Shown in pieces: positions 16,514-24,194 of a stretch of 64,000 nt of DNA. The notes under the pieces were generated by a model. That model was given only the letters and a program-made list of their open reading frames with translations. It made no database searches and was not told the DNA's origin. Source of the stretch: Methanobacteriota archaeon (GTDB lineage: Archaea; Thermoplasmatota; Thermoplasmata; RBG-16-68-12); NCBI GenBank assembly GCA_947084985.1, contig CAMTUI010000011.1, positions 10,355 through 74,354 on the forward strand. The letters run 5' to 3'. How positions within the stretch are numbered: position 1 is the stretch's first letter; each line of letters starts with the position of its first letter. The position numbers and the translations under genes were made by a program.

Positions 16514-17565
16514 CGGGCGAGCTGGAGTTTCTCCTTCGCCCGGACAGCTTCCTTCTCATTCGCGTCCTTGTCACCATGCGAAGGGACGAACTGGACGTGC
16601 GGATACGCGAACTGGACGCGCGGCTCTGCATTGACCTTCTCGTAGATTCGCTTGACGAGGCGTGTCCGGTACGAGCCCTTCGCGAAGACCGGGCAGAAGT
16701 AGACGAGGCTCAGGTCGATCGAGGACGCCCCGAACGCCCAGCCCACCCGCGGTTCCTCGGCGATGTAGTCAGCGAGGTCCGCGAATTCGTACTTCGACCG
16801 AAGGCGCGCGCGGTTCTCGCGCATCATCGGCCCGACGACCTCCTCCGCCGCGTCGAAGAGCAGCCTCTCTGCCAGCTTGACGTCGCTCTCGTACGTTACG
16901 TTCAGGACGAGCTGGTCCCAGATGAACGGCGTGTCCTTCGTGTAGTTGAAGACGTTCCCCTTGAGGACATGGCTGTTCGGGACGGTGACGTACCGGCCTG
17001 TGAAGGAATCGCCGTAGAGCACGCCGCCGAACTCGCGGATTGTCGTGTTCATCGGCGTGATCTCGACGACGTACCCGCGCGTGTTGTTCATCTCGATCCG
17101 GTCGCCGAGCTTGAACAGGCTCATCGAGACGAGGATGATCCAGCCGACGAGGTTGAGCAGCGGCTCCTGCATGACGTAGATGAGCGCGGCGGACACGAAC
17201 GCGGTCCCAAGGAACCCGAACTCCTGGCCGCCGCCGCCGACCAATACGTAGAGCACGAGCGCGAAGGCCGTGCCCCAGACGGCGTACGACACGATCTGGA
17301 AGTGCGCGAAGATGTCCGCCTCATAGCGAACGTGAGTGCGAAGGGCCGTGCGGAACACGGGACGCAGGACCTCGAGGAGGGCCTTCGTTGCGATGAGGAG
17401 GGGGATGATGTAGACCCAGGGGCCGAGCGCGGCGAGGTCCACTCGGGCCGTCGGCAGGCCGGGAATCTGGATCACGCCCGCCATGACGAAAAGGGCGAAC
17501 ATCACGATCGCTGTGATGACGACCCAGAGGAGCGCTCGCGCTTTCCGCCAGTCCGCGATCTTCAC
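16510..17565 (-). CDS. Mechanosensitive ion channel, MscS family
   Basis: The N-terminus has TM helices, followed by the MscS beta-domain signature FKLGDRIEMNNTRGYVVEITPMNTTIREFGG. Confidence 0.85.
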   Translation of the reverse strand: MKIADWRKARALLWVVITAIVMFALFVMAGVIQIPGLPTARVDLAALGPWVYIIPLLIATKALLEVLRPVFRTALRTHVRYEADIFAHFQIVSYAVWGTAFALVLYVLVGGGGQEFGFLGTAFVSAALIYVMQEPLLNLVGWIILVSMSLFKLGDRIEMNNTRGYVVEITPMNTTIREFGGVLYGDSFTGRYVTVPNSHVLKGNVFNYTKDTPFIWDQLVLNVTYESDVKLAERLLFDAAEEVVGPMMRENRARLRSKYEFADLADYIAEEPRVGWAFGASSIDLSLVYFCPVFAKGSYRTRLVKRIYEKVNAEPRVQFAYPHVQFVPSHGDKDANEKEAVRAKEKLQLAR

Positions 17566-17588
17566 GGATTGCGCTCACCGTCCCTCGG

Positions 17589-17597
17589 TTTATATAA
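17589..17597 (-). promoter_or_regulatory. TATA box for mscS-aspS transcription unit
   Basis: tttatataa lies 24-32 nt upstream of the mscS start codon, consistent with a leaderless transcript. Confidence 0.5.
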
Positions 17598-17705
17598 GGC
17601 CGGTGCCGAGGTTATCAGGGGTGAAAGGTCCGGAGGTGGGGACGAAGGGTAAGGGGAAAGAGGCTATTTGGACCCGCTCATCCGGGTGGCGCGAGGACGG
17701 CTCTC

Positions 17706-17792
17706 GTGGCCGGCCCGGTCATCGAGGTTCGTGGGCTCACGAAGCACTATGAGGACATCCGCGCGGTGGACGGGATCGACTTCGAGGTCCAG
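17706..17792 (+). pseudogene. N-terminal remnant (about 29 codons) of an ABC transporter ATP-binding protein
   Basis: MAGPVIEVRGLTKHYEDIRAVDGIDFEVQK matches the conserved N-terminal beta-strands of ABC ATPases. The expected GE.FG.LGPNGAGKTT Walker A never follows. The rest of the 401-aa track ORF is antisense to the GGR gene. Confidence 0.5.
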
Positions 17793-17807
17793 AAGCGGAT
17801 CCGGGGT

Positions 17808-19007
17808 TCAGATGAACTCCGCGAACTTCGCGACGAGCTCCGGCCGCGTCTCCTTGAGGACTTTCAGGATCGCGCGCACGCTGAGCTTCGTCACGCCGAC
17901 CTCGGCGAGGACCTTGATAATGTCGTCGAACTCTTGATCCGACAGGGTGACGAGCTTGTTCTTCGCGAGCCAGTTGCGATAGAGGTTCTCCTCGAGTTTC
18001 GTCCGCCACGCCTTCTCGTACTCCATGAGCGCGGACTCGCTGAAGTCCCCGGTCTGGTTGCACTGCGACAAGACATTCCCGAGGAACATGCCCGCGACCA
18101 TGCCGTTCCCGATTCCGCCGCCCGTGATCGGATCGATCATCCTCGCTGCGTCGCCGACGATGGCGATCCCGTTCCCGACGGACTTCTTGATCGGCGGGGC
18201 CGTCGAGACGCCGCCCGTGACCATGTCGAGGGGCTGGGCCTTTTTCATCCGCGGATCCTTCTCGATCCAGTGATCGAGGAAGCCCTTGATGTCCATCCGG
18301 CTCTTGAGCCGGTCCAGCGACACGCCGATCCCGACGTTCGCGGTCGCCTCGTCCTTCGGGAAGACCCAGATGTAGCCCGCGGGCGCGCAGGTCCCGAGCC
18401 AGAACTCGCAATAGTCGGGGAAGTCGTGCCCGGGGCCGATGTTCGTGAGGCGGTACTGCAGGGTGCCCGTGATGTCGCCCGCGCGGAGGAGGGTCTTGAA
18501 GCCGGCCCAGCGGCCGACCTGGCTCTCGTAGCCGTCCGCCGCGACGACGCACTTCGCGTGAATGTTGAACTCGTCCTCGAGGCGCTTGCCGCGCACCCCG
18601 CGGACCCAGCCGTCGTCTTTGAGGATCGCCGTGGCGGTGGTCTTGAGCCAGATTTCTGCACCGGCTTTGGCGGCCTCCTTCGCCACCGCTTTATCGAATG
18701 CGTCCCGCTCGAGGACGATACCGACCTCGTTCCCCGCGTGCTTCTCCTCGATTGTGAGCGCCGTGCCGTTCGGGGAGAAGATCTTCGCGCCCTTCACCTC
18801 ACGGCCGACCCACTTCCGGTCGAACGGGAGTTTCGTGTCCTCCACGAAGTGCCGAGCGAGGCCCTCGCCGCACCGGACAGGCGAGCCGATCTCCTGGCGC
18901 TTCTCGATTAGAAGGGTGCGGCAGCCGCCCATTGCGGCGTAGCGGGCGGTCATCGAGCCGGAGGGTCCCGCGCCGACGACCACGACGTCGTACTCGTAGG
19001 AAGGCAT
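17808..19007 (-). CDS. Geranylgeranyl reductase family (digeranylgeranylglycerophospholipid reductase-like)
   Basis: It has the FAD dinucleotide fold YDVVVVGAGPSGSMTARYAA, the motif GDAARMIDPITGGGI, and a length of 399 aa. Confidence 0.9.
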   Translation of the reverse strand: MPSYEYDVVVVGAGPSGSMTARYAAMGGCRTLLIEKRQEIGSPVRCGEGLARHFVEDTKLPFDRKWVGREVKGAKIFSPNGTALTIEEKHAGNEVGIVLERDAFDKAVAKEAAKAGAEIWLKTTATAILKDDGWVRGVRGKRLEDEFNIHAKCVVAADGYESQVGRWAGFKTLLRAGDITGTLQYRLTNIGPGHDFPDYCEFWLGTCAPAGYIWVFPKDEATANVGIGVSLDRLKSRMDIKGFLDHWIEKDPRMKKAQPLDMVTGGVSTAPPIKKSVGNGIAIVGDAARMIDPITGGGIGNGMVAGMFLGNVLSQCNQTGDFSESALMEYEKAWRTKLEENLYRNWLAKNKLVTLSDQEFDDIIKVLAEVGVTKLSVRAILKVLKETRPELVAKFAEFI

Positions 19008-19333
19008 TCCCGTCGCCGACTGCGTCCATCCGCCGAGGCTATAAGAAACTAGTCATCGAGGGGTTCTGTCTGAAGTCGGGTGATGAACGCCGCGGCGGCA
19101 TGGACGGGGAGGGGTGCAACAAGTCGGGTGACGGCAAAGCAGCCGCGCACGTGGGGGTATGCTACCTATACGCCTCGACCGTAAGGTCACCTTCAACAGT
19201 CTTGGCAGGGGGATGCTCTGAGCGAACGCTTACGGTCGCAGTTGCCCATCAGACTGAAGACGCAGTTCCGCTTGCGCTAGGTCCTTCCGGGAGGCGCTCG
19301 TTCTGGCGCGGGGTAAGGATTCCGCATGATAGC

Positions 19334-20380
19334 TCACTTTTCCTCGGACGACTCTGTCCGTTCGGCACCTCCGGGCTCACGGGGCTGGTCCGGTCGCTCC
19401 TTCATAGATTGCGGCCCATGGGGGTGGACATCTTGAGGCAGCTGTGGGGCAGGCTTGGCCGACCGTGCCTCGTCACGTGTCTTCTGAAGCGAGGCCACGG
19501 TCGTGATCAGGAGGACGAGTCCCACGACGCCGAGGGCGTACTCCACGGGCACCTTGTAGAAGTCCGACACGAAGATTTTCGCTCCCACGAAAGCGAGCAC
19601 CGCAGCGAGCCCGTAATGGAGGTAACGGAGGCGCTGTAAGGCATTCTCGAGGGCGAAATAGAGGGCTCGCAGTCCCAAAATCGCGAACACGTTGGACGTG
19701 AAGATGATGAAGGGGTCCACGGTGATGGCGAAGATGGCCGGGACGGAATCGACCGCGAAGATGATGTCCGTGGTCTCCACGACGAGGAGGACCACGAGGA
19801 GCGGCGTGGCGAACCAAGAGCCATTCCGCCGGACGAGAAATTTGTCCTCAATGTAGTCGGGGGTGATCCGCACGAACTTCCGGAACACGCGGAGGACCGG
19901 GTTCCGCTCGGGGTGGACCTCCCGTTCCCGGACGACGACCATCCGCACCGCGGTGAAAACGAGGACGCCCCCGAAGACGTACAGAACCCAATGGAACCGC
20001 TCGATGAGCGCCACGCCGAGGAAGATGAAGATGGCGCGGAAGACGAGGGCCCCGAGGATCCCCCAGAAGAGAACCTTGTGCTCGTCCCGCTTCGGCACGG
20101 AGAAGTAGGAGAAGATGAGGAGGAAGACGAAGAGATTGTCGACGCTGAGGGACTTCTCGATGATGTATCCTGTGAGGTACTCCAGGCCCTTCTCTTGTCC
20201 TTGCCAGAGCCACACCGCGACGCCGAACACGACGCCGAGGACGATCCAGAACGCCGTCCACGCGAGGGCTTCCCGGATGCTGACGACGTGAGCGCGGCGA
20301 TGGAAGACGAGGAGGTCGAGGAGGAGCATGGCGACGATGAAGGCGACGAAGCCCCCCCAGACCCACAGCTCCACCGCCAC
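19334..20380 (-). CDS. TerC family integral membrane protein
   Basis: LLLDLLVFHRRAH, EKSLSVDNLFVFLLIF and DIIFAVDSVPAIFAIT are TerC/Alx hallmarks. Confidence 0.88.
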   Translation of the reverse strand: MAVELWVWGGFVAFIVAMLLLDLLVFHRRAHVVSIREALAWTAFWIVLGVVFGVAVWLWQGQEKGLEYLTGYIIEKSLSVDNLFVFLLIFSYFSVPKRDEHKVLFWGILGALVFRAIFIFLGVALIERFHWVLYVFGGVLVFTAVRMVVVREREVHPERNPVLRVFRKFVRITPDYIEDKFLVRRNGSWFATPLLVVLLVVETTDIIFAVDSVPAIFAITVDPFIIFTSNVFAILGLRALYFALENALQRLRYLHYGLAAVLAFVGAKIFVSDFYKVPVEYALGVVGLVLLITTVASLQKTRDEARSAKPAPQLPQDVHPHGPQSMKERPDQPREPGGAERTESSEEK

Positions 20381-20577
20381 TCAGGCCGACCCCCATCGCA
20401 CGTCTTTCGGGGCGCGAGACAAGTCAAGTCGCGTCCCATTGCGAGCCCGCGAATGTTCGGGAGCTAATTAAAAGAGACCTTGGAGTTCCGGATTACCCAG
20501 GCCCCGTGCTTCTGCCCCGCGCCCCGAGCCCCGCCCCACCGGACCGCCCTATCAGGCTCCCTCGCGCAACCTCGACC

Positions 20578-20812
20578 GGCTACGGCTCAATGGGCAGGGC
20601 TGCCATGTACGAGTGCGACCAACCGGTTCTTGTGGAGGGCCATATCTCCATCGTCCGGCCAACCTCGGGCTTCGATTCCCGCTTCGTCTCGTATTTCCTT
20701 CGGTCACCTTTCGGGTAACTCCAGTTTGAGAAGTGGTTCACGGGATCGTCGGGGCAGGTCGAGCTGACGGCGGACGACCTGAGCGGCTTCGTCACTCCGT
20801 CGCGTCCCGAGC
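20578..20812 (+). pseudogene. Type I restriction-modification specificity subunit (HsdS) remnant with in-frame TAA, 3'-truncated
   Basis: The sequence GHISIVRPTSGFDSRFVSYFLRSPFG, then a stop, then LQFEKWFTGSSGQVELTADDLSGFVTPSRPEH, resembles the end of an HsdS target-recognition domain. The TAA at 20716-20718 is in frame. Homology ends where the transposase fragment begins. Confidence 0.5.
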
Positions 20813-21118
20813 ATCCGGGCGGCGGAGTCGAACAACCGCATCGAGCGCCTGCACGGGACGGAGAAGGAGCGGACGAAGGTCATGCGGGCGTTCGACACGG
20901 ACGGGGGCGCGGCGATGATCGCGGAGGGCTTCCGGGCCCACTACAACCTCGTCAAGCGGCACATGGGGATTGGCAGCGCGACGCCGGGGGACGCCGCCGG
21001 GGTGGTTCTGCCGAACGGGTTCCGGTGGAAAGCCATCCTCAACGCCGCCATCACCCGAAGTGTTACGCCGCCGCCGAGAGTGAGGGTAAAGTCAAATCAC
21101 CCGATTAGGGGACAGAGC
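20813..21118 (+). mobile_element. IS6/IS240-like DDE transposase C-terminal fragment with putative right terminal repeat
   Basis: SNNRIERLHGTEKERTKVMRAFDT..AEGFRAHYNLVKRHMGIGSATPGDAAGVVLPNGFRWKAILNAAI matches the C-terminus of archaeal IS6-type transposases. The catalytic N-terminal two thirds are absent. The sequence ending at 21118 reads GGCTCTGTCCCC on the minus strand, resembling IS6 ends (GGCACTGT...). Confidence 0.6.
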
Positions 21119-21150
21119 CTCATCGAGGCGACCTGTCGGCCGGGACGGAC

Positions 21151-21393
21151 TCACTTCATCGTGTGGAGCTTGTGCCCGCGCGGATAGTCGATCGCCCCGA
21201 CCGGGCAGACCTTCACGCACATCCCGCACTGGGTGCAGTCCTCGTTGAACGTCAGGTAGACCTCGTTCAGGAAGATCGCGTTCGTCGGGCACGTGCCGAC
21301 GCAGGCCCCGCAGTGCATGCAGAGCATGTCGTCGATCACCATGATGCCGTTGTCCCGAACGGAGGGACGGATCGCGACAAGCTGTTCAGGCAT
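21151..21393 (-). CDS. 2x[4Fe-4S] ferredoxin-domain protein
   Basis: It has two CxxCxxCxxxCP motifs (CMHCGACVGTCP, CTQCGMCVKVCP). The start overlaps the upstream radical-SAM gene stop by 8 nt. Confidence 0.9.
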   Translation of the reverse strand: MPEQLVAIRPSVRDNGIMVIDDMLCMHCGACVGTCPTNAIFLNEVYLTFNEDCTQCGMCVKVCPVGAIDYPRGHKLHTMK

Positions 21394-23011
21394 GCCGGTT
21401 CCGCCACTCTTCGATCGGCACCGCGAACTTCTTCTCGATCTCTTCGCGGAAGTTCGGCCCCGTGTTGTACGCGCAGAACGGGATGACCTTCCCGTCGGGC
21501 GTTGCGTAGTGGATGACGCAGCGCTTCACGCGCTCGATGTCGTAGTTGTAGTTGTCCTGGAAGTGCATTCCGCCGACGTACATCGTGGACCAGGAGAACT
21601 CCGCGGCGCCGGCCTTGTCGCCCTTCGTGAACATCCGGTTCAGGATCTTCAACATCTTGGACAGGCCCATTCCGTCGGGCGCCTCGTCCTCCCGGAAGTG
21701 CCGCTTCAGGAGCTGGAGGGCCTTGATCTTCGACGTGAACTTGATCTTCTTCTCCTTCGTGTCCTGCGCCAGGAGCCAGAGGTCCTCCATGAGGCCCTCG
21801 ACATCGACGAAGCGCGTGATCGGCACGGGGTCCTTCCCGTTCTCGAGGAACAGGTACGACGCGAGGCCGCACGCAGGGTGCGACGTGAAGGACGGCTTGG
21901 CGGTGTCCGTCAGGACGGACACGAGCTCCGAGATCGGGGAGACGAAGGGCACCGGGTACCAGTCATCGCGGGTCAAGTAGCCCGTCTGCTCCTCGAGGTC
22001 GTACGCCAGGTCGCTCAGCGTGTAGCGGAGCTTGCGGCGGTCTTCCTCGGGGATGCGGCCCGTCAGGCTGACCGGCTGGAAGTTCACGCCTTTCACGACG
22101 TCGCGGTTCTTGATCGCGTAGTTCAGAATCTCTCCGGCCTGGTCGTCGTTGAACGAGTTGACCATCGTCGGCACGAAGCAGATTGTCGGGGTGATGATGC
22201 CCTTCGCCTTGCGCTCGCGGACCCGCTCGATCACCTTGAGCTTGATGTCCAGGAGCGGCCGGCCGCGCGCCTTGATGTAGTTCTCCTCGCGCAGGCCGTC
22301 GAACTGCAGGTAGATCGTGTTCAGCCCGGACTCCGCGACCTTGTCGAGGAAGCCGTCCTCCGTCGCAAGCCGGATCCCGTTCGTCGCGACCTGGACCTGG
22401 GCGAAGCCCATGTCCTTCGCCGCCTTCACGATCTCCGGGAACTGCGGATAGATCGTCGGCTCGCCGCCGGCGAACTGGATTGCCGCGACGGGGATCGGCC
22501 GCTGCGCGCGCAGGACCGCGAACTCGTAGACGATCTGCTCGAACGTCGGCTCAAACACGTACCCGGCCGCGTTCGCGTTCGCGAAACAGATCGGGCACTT
22601 CAGGTTGCATCGGTTCGTGAGGTCGATGTTGCAGAGGGATGTGGCGGAATAGTGCAGGTTGCAGAGGCCGCATTCGTACGGACACACCTTGGCGTCGACG
22701 ATCTGGGGGTTCTCCAGGCCGACGCCATCGAAGGCCCAGTTCTCCGCTTTGAGGTACATTTCTGCATCGGACCAGCAGACCTCATCGAACTCGCCGTGCT
22801 CCTTGCACGTCTTCTTCATCTTCAATGCGCCGTCACCGATGTACAGCGTCGCGGGGATGACCTTCAGGCATTCCGGACAAAGGGATCCGGTGCGGCGGGG
22901 AAGCCCCTTCTGGAGTTTCGATGGCATGACGACCATCGCGTTGTCCTGCCGCGATTCGCGGTACATGTTGCGGACTGCGCCGATCGCGTAGTCCGTTCCG
23001 CAGAGTGACAT
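21386..23011 (-). CDS. Radical SAM protein of the COG1964 family (tetraether lipid synthase Tes / GDGT-MAS-like)
   Basis: It has the radical-SAM cluster motif CNLKCPICF, an auxiliary CPYECGLCNLH, an N-terminal CPEC..CKEHG metal site, and a C-terminal HFQDNYNYDIERVKRCVIHYATPDGKVIPFCAYN. This architecture is as I recall for MJ0619-type enzymes. The true start may be the ATG at 22936. Confidence 0.65.
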   Translation of the reverse strand: MSLCGTDYAIGAVRNMYRESRQDNAMVVMPSKLQKGLPRRTGSLCPECLKVIPATLYIGDGALKMKKTCKEHGEFDEVCWSDAEMYLKAENWAFDGVGLENPQIVDAKVCPYECGLCNLHYSATSLCNIDLTNRCNLKCPICFANANAAGYVFEPTFEQIVYEFAVLRAQRPIPVAAIQFAGGEPTIYPQFPEIVKAAKDMGFAQVQVATNGIRLATEDGFLDKVAESGLNTIYLQFDGLREENYIKARGRPLLDIKLKVIERVRERKAKGIITPTICFVPTMVNSFNDDQAGEILNYAIKNRDVVKGVNFQPVSLTGRIPEEDRRKLRYTLSDLAYDLEEQTGYLTRDDWYPVPFVSPISELVSVLTDTAKPSFTSHPACGLASYLFLENGKDPVPITRFVDVEGLMEDLWLLAQDTKEKKIKFTSKIKALQLLKRHFREDEAPDGMGLSKMLKILNRMFTKGDKAGAAEFSWSTMYVGGMHFQDNYNYDIERVKRCVIHYATPDGKVIPFCAYNTGPNFREEIEKKFAVPIEEWRNRHA

Positions 23012-23117
23012 CTTGGTACCTCTTGTTCCGCGAGTATTCTGAGGGAGGATAATAACCGTTTTGTAGTTTATGCTACTACAAGATTCTCAGTGGATCCTGC
23101 CCCCCTTAGAGGAGGCC

Positions 23118-24062
23118 TTAGGAGCGCCGAAACGGAGCGGTCGCCGGGGCCGCAACGGCCTCCCTTTTCGAGAGCGCGGCAAGGACGTCGTCGAGGGCGC
23201 CGAACGTGCGCAGCGGGAGGACCTTCAGCACGCTCTCCGCGTGGACACGAGTTGCGGGATCCAGGTCGATCACCTTCCAGCCGTGCTGCCGTACGAGCTC
23301 GTCCCGTGTCGCGGGGAACGTCGCATCGGGTCGGAGGACCTCCGCGAGGGATGCGAGACCCTGCGACGACGTCGCGGCGGGGAACGAGCCCGTCCGTTTG
23401 AACGTCAGGAAGCGCGCCGCGTCCTTGTACATCCGCACGCCATGGAACGTGAAGGCGACGCGGACCGCGTCCCGGCACGTGCGGTCGATCTCCCGCAGCT
23501 CCTCGTCATCGAATTCGTGGACGTTGTGCGGCCCCGGGCCGAACAGACGCGTGTACACCGTGTCGTCCGCGACGCGTGGCTTCGTCTGGGACAAGTCCAC
23601 GACGTCGAGGACACGGAGATCCATCATGGCCTTCCGCAACGGGCCCGGCAACGGACCCATACGATGCGCGCGCGCCTCGAGGCCGAGCCGCATCCCGCGG
23701 TCCGTCATTCCCGCAAGTTCACGGAGTCCGTCGACCTGGTCCCGGTCGAAGGGGAGGCCTGGAGGGGTTTCCAGGATGACGAACGGGGCCCGGAGGATCC
23801 GAGCGACGCGGAGGGTCTGAGCGAAGGCCGCTCGCGCGGGAGCGCTCGCCCGGAGACGGTCTCCATGACTCACGTCCCGGTGCGCCTTGACCGCGAACAC
23901 GAATTCCTGCGGGACGCTAGCGCGCCATCGACGGGCGCGGCCTTCCGGGATCTGGCGGTAGAAGGTCGCGTTCACCTCGACGAAGCGAAAGGCCCGCGAA
24001 TACGGTTCGAGTCCACCGGCGAAGTACCCCCATCCCCCGGCGCCGATGAGCGCATCGCGCAT
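23118..24062 (-). CDS. DUF72 family protein with C-terminal DUF2795-like extension
   Basis: IGAGGWGY..FRFVEVNATFYR..FVFAVKAH is the DUF72 signature. The C-terminal FPATRDELVRQHGWKVIDLDPATRVHAESVLKVLPLRTFGALDDVLAAL resembles DUF2795. Only the last 314 codons of the 756-aa track ORF are used. Confidence 0.75.
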   Translation of the reverse strand: MRDALIGAGGWGYFAGGLEPYSRAFRFVEVNATFYRQIPEGRARRWRASVPQEFVFAVKAHRDVSHGDRLRASAPARAAFAQTLRVARILRAPFVILETPPGLPFDRDQVDGLRELAGMTDRGMRLGLEARAHRMGPLPGPLRKAMMDLRVLDVVDLSQTKPRVADDTVYTRLFGPGPHNVHEFDDEELREIDRTCRDAVRVAFTFHGVRMYKDAARFLTFKRTGSFPAATSSQGLASLAEVLRPDATFPATRDELVRQHGWKVIDLDPATRVHAESVLKVLPLRTFGALDDVLAALSKREAVAAPATAPFRRS

Positions 24063-24194
24063 GCGCGTGCCGGATGCGTGACGGACCTTAAGTCCGGAGC
24101 GGAGAGGGCAGTGAACCGGGCTGAGGCGGAGTCCAGCGGGTTCAGACCTCCTGACTATACGATAATGTAGCGACGCGTCGTTTCCGTGGCGGCG

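Noticed and set aside
17793-18911. Remainder of the 401-aa plus-strand ORF beginning at 17706.
   Set aside because: After the first ~29 codons it is antisense to the well-supported GGR gene and has no ABC motifs (no Walker A, signature or Walker B).
19082-19088. GTGATGA resembling a C box of a C/D box sRNA.
   Set aside because: There is no D box (CTGA) at an appropriate distance downstream, no C'/D' pair and no terminal stem on either strand.
20381-20480. Possible riboswitch or leader upstream of terC (bacterial terC-type genes often follow yybP-ykoY Mn riboswitches).
   Set aside because: I see only about 100 nt with a TATA-like TTTAATTA and an imperfect short stem, and no four-way-junction-like conserved elements. 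That riboswitch class is bacterial, and I cannot support it here.
21293-23008. 571-aa plus-strand ORF antisense to the radical SAM gene.
   Set aside because: It has an R/L/V/D-rich artefactual composition with no motifs. The minus frame has complete radical-SAM cluster motifs.
23061-23081. Small palindrome ttgtagt-N7-actacaa between the DUF72 stop and the radical-SAM start; also cgttttgtag shared with 10347-10356.
   Set aside because: There are only 7-bp arms and a single 10-nt match. This is too short to distinguish from chance without genome-wide statistics.
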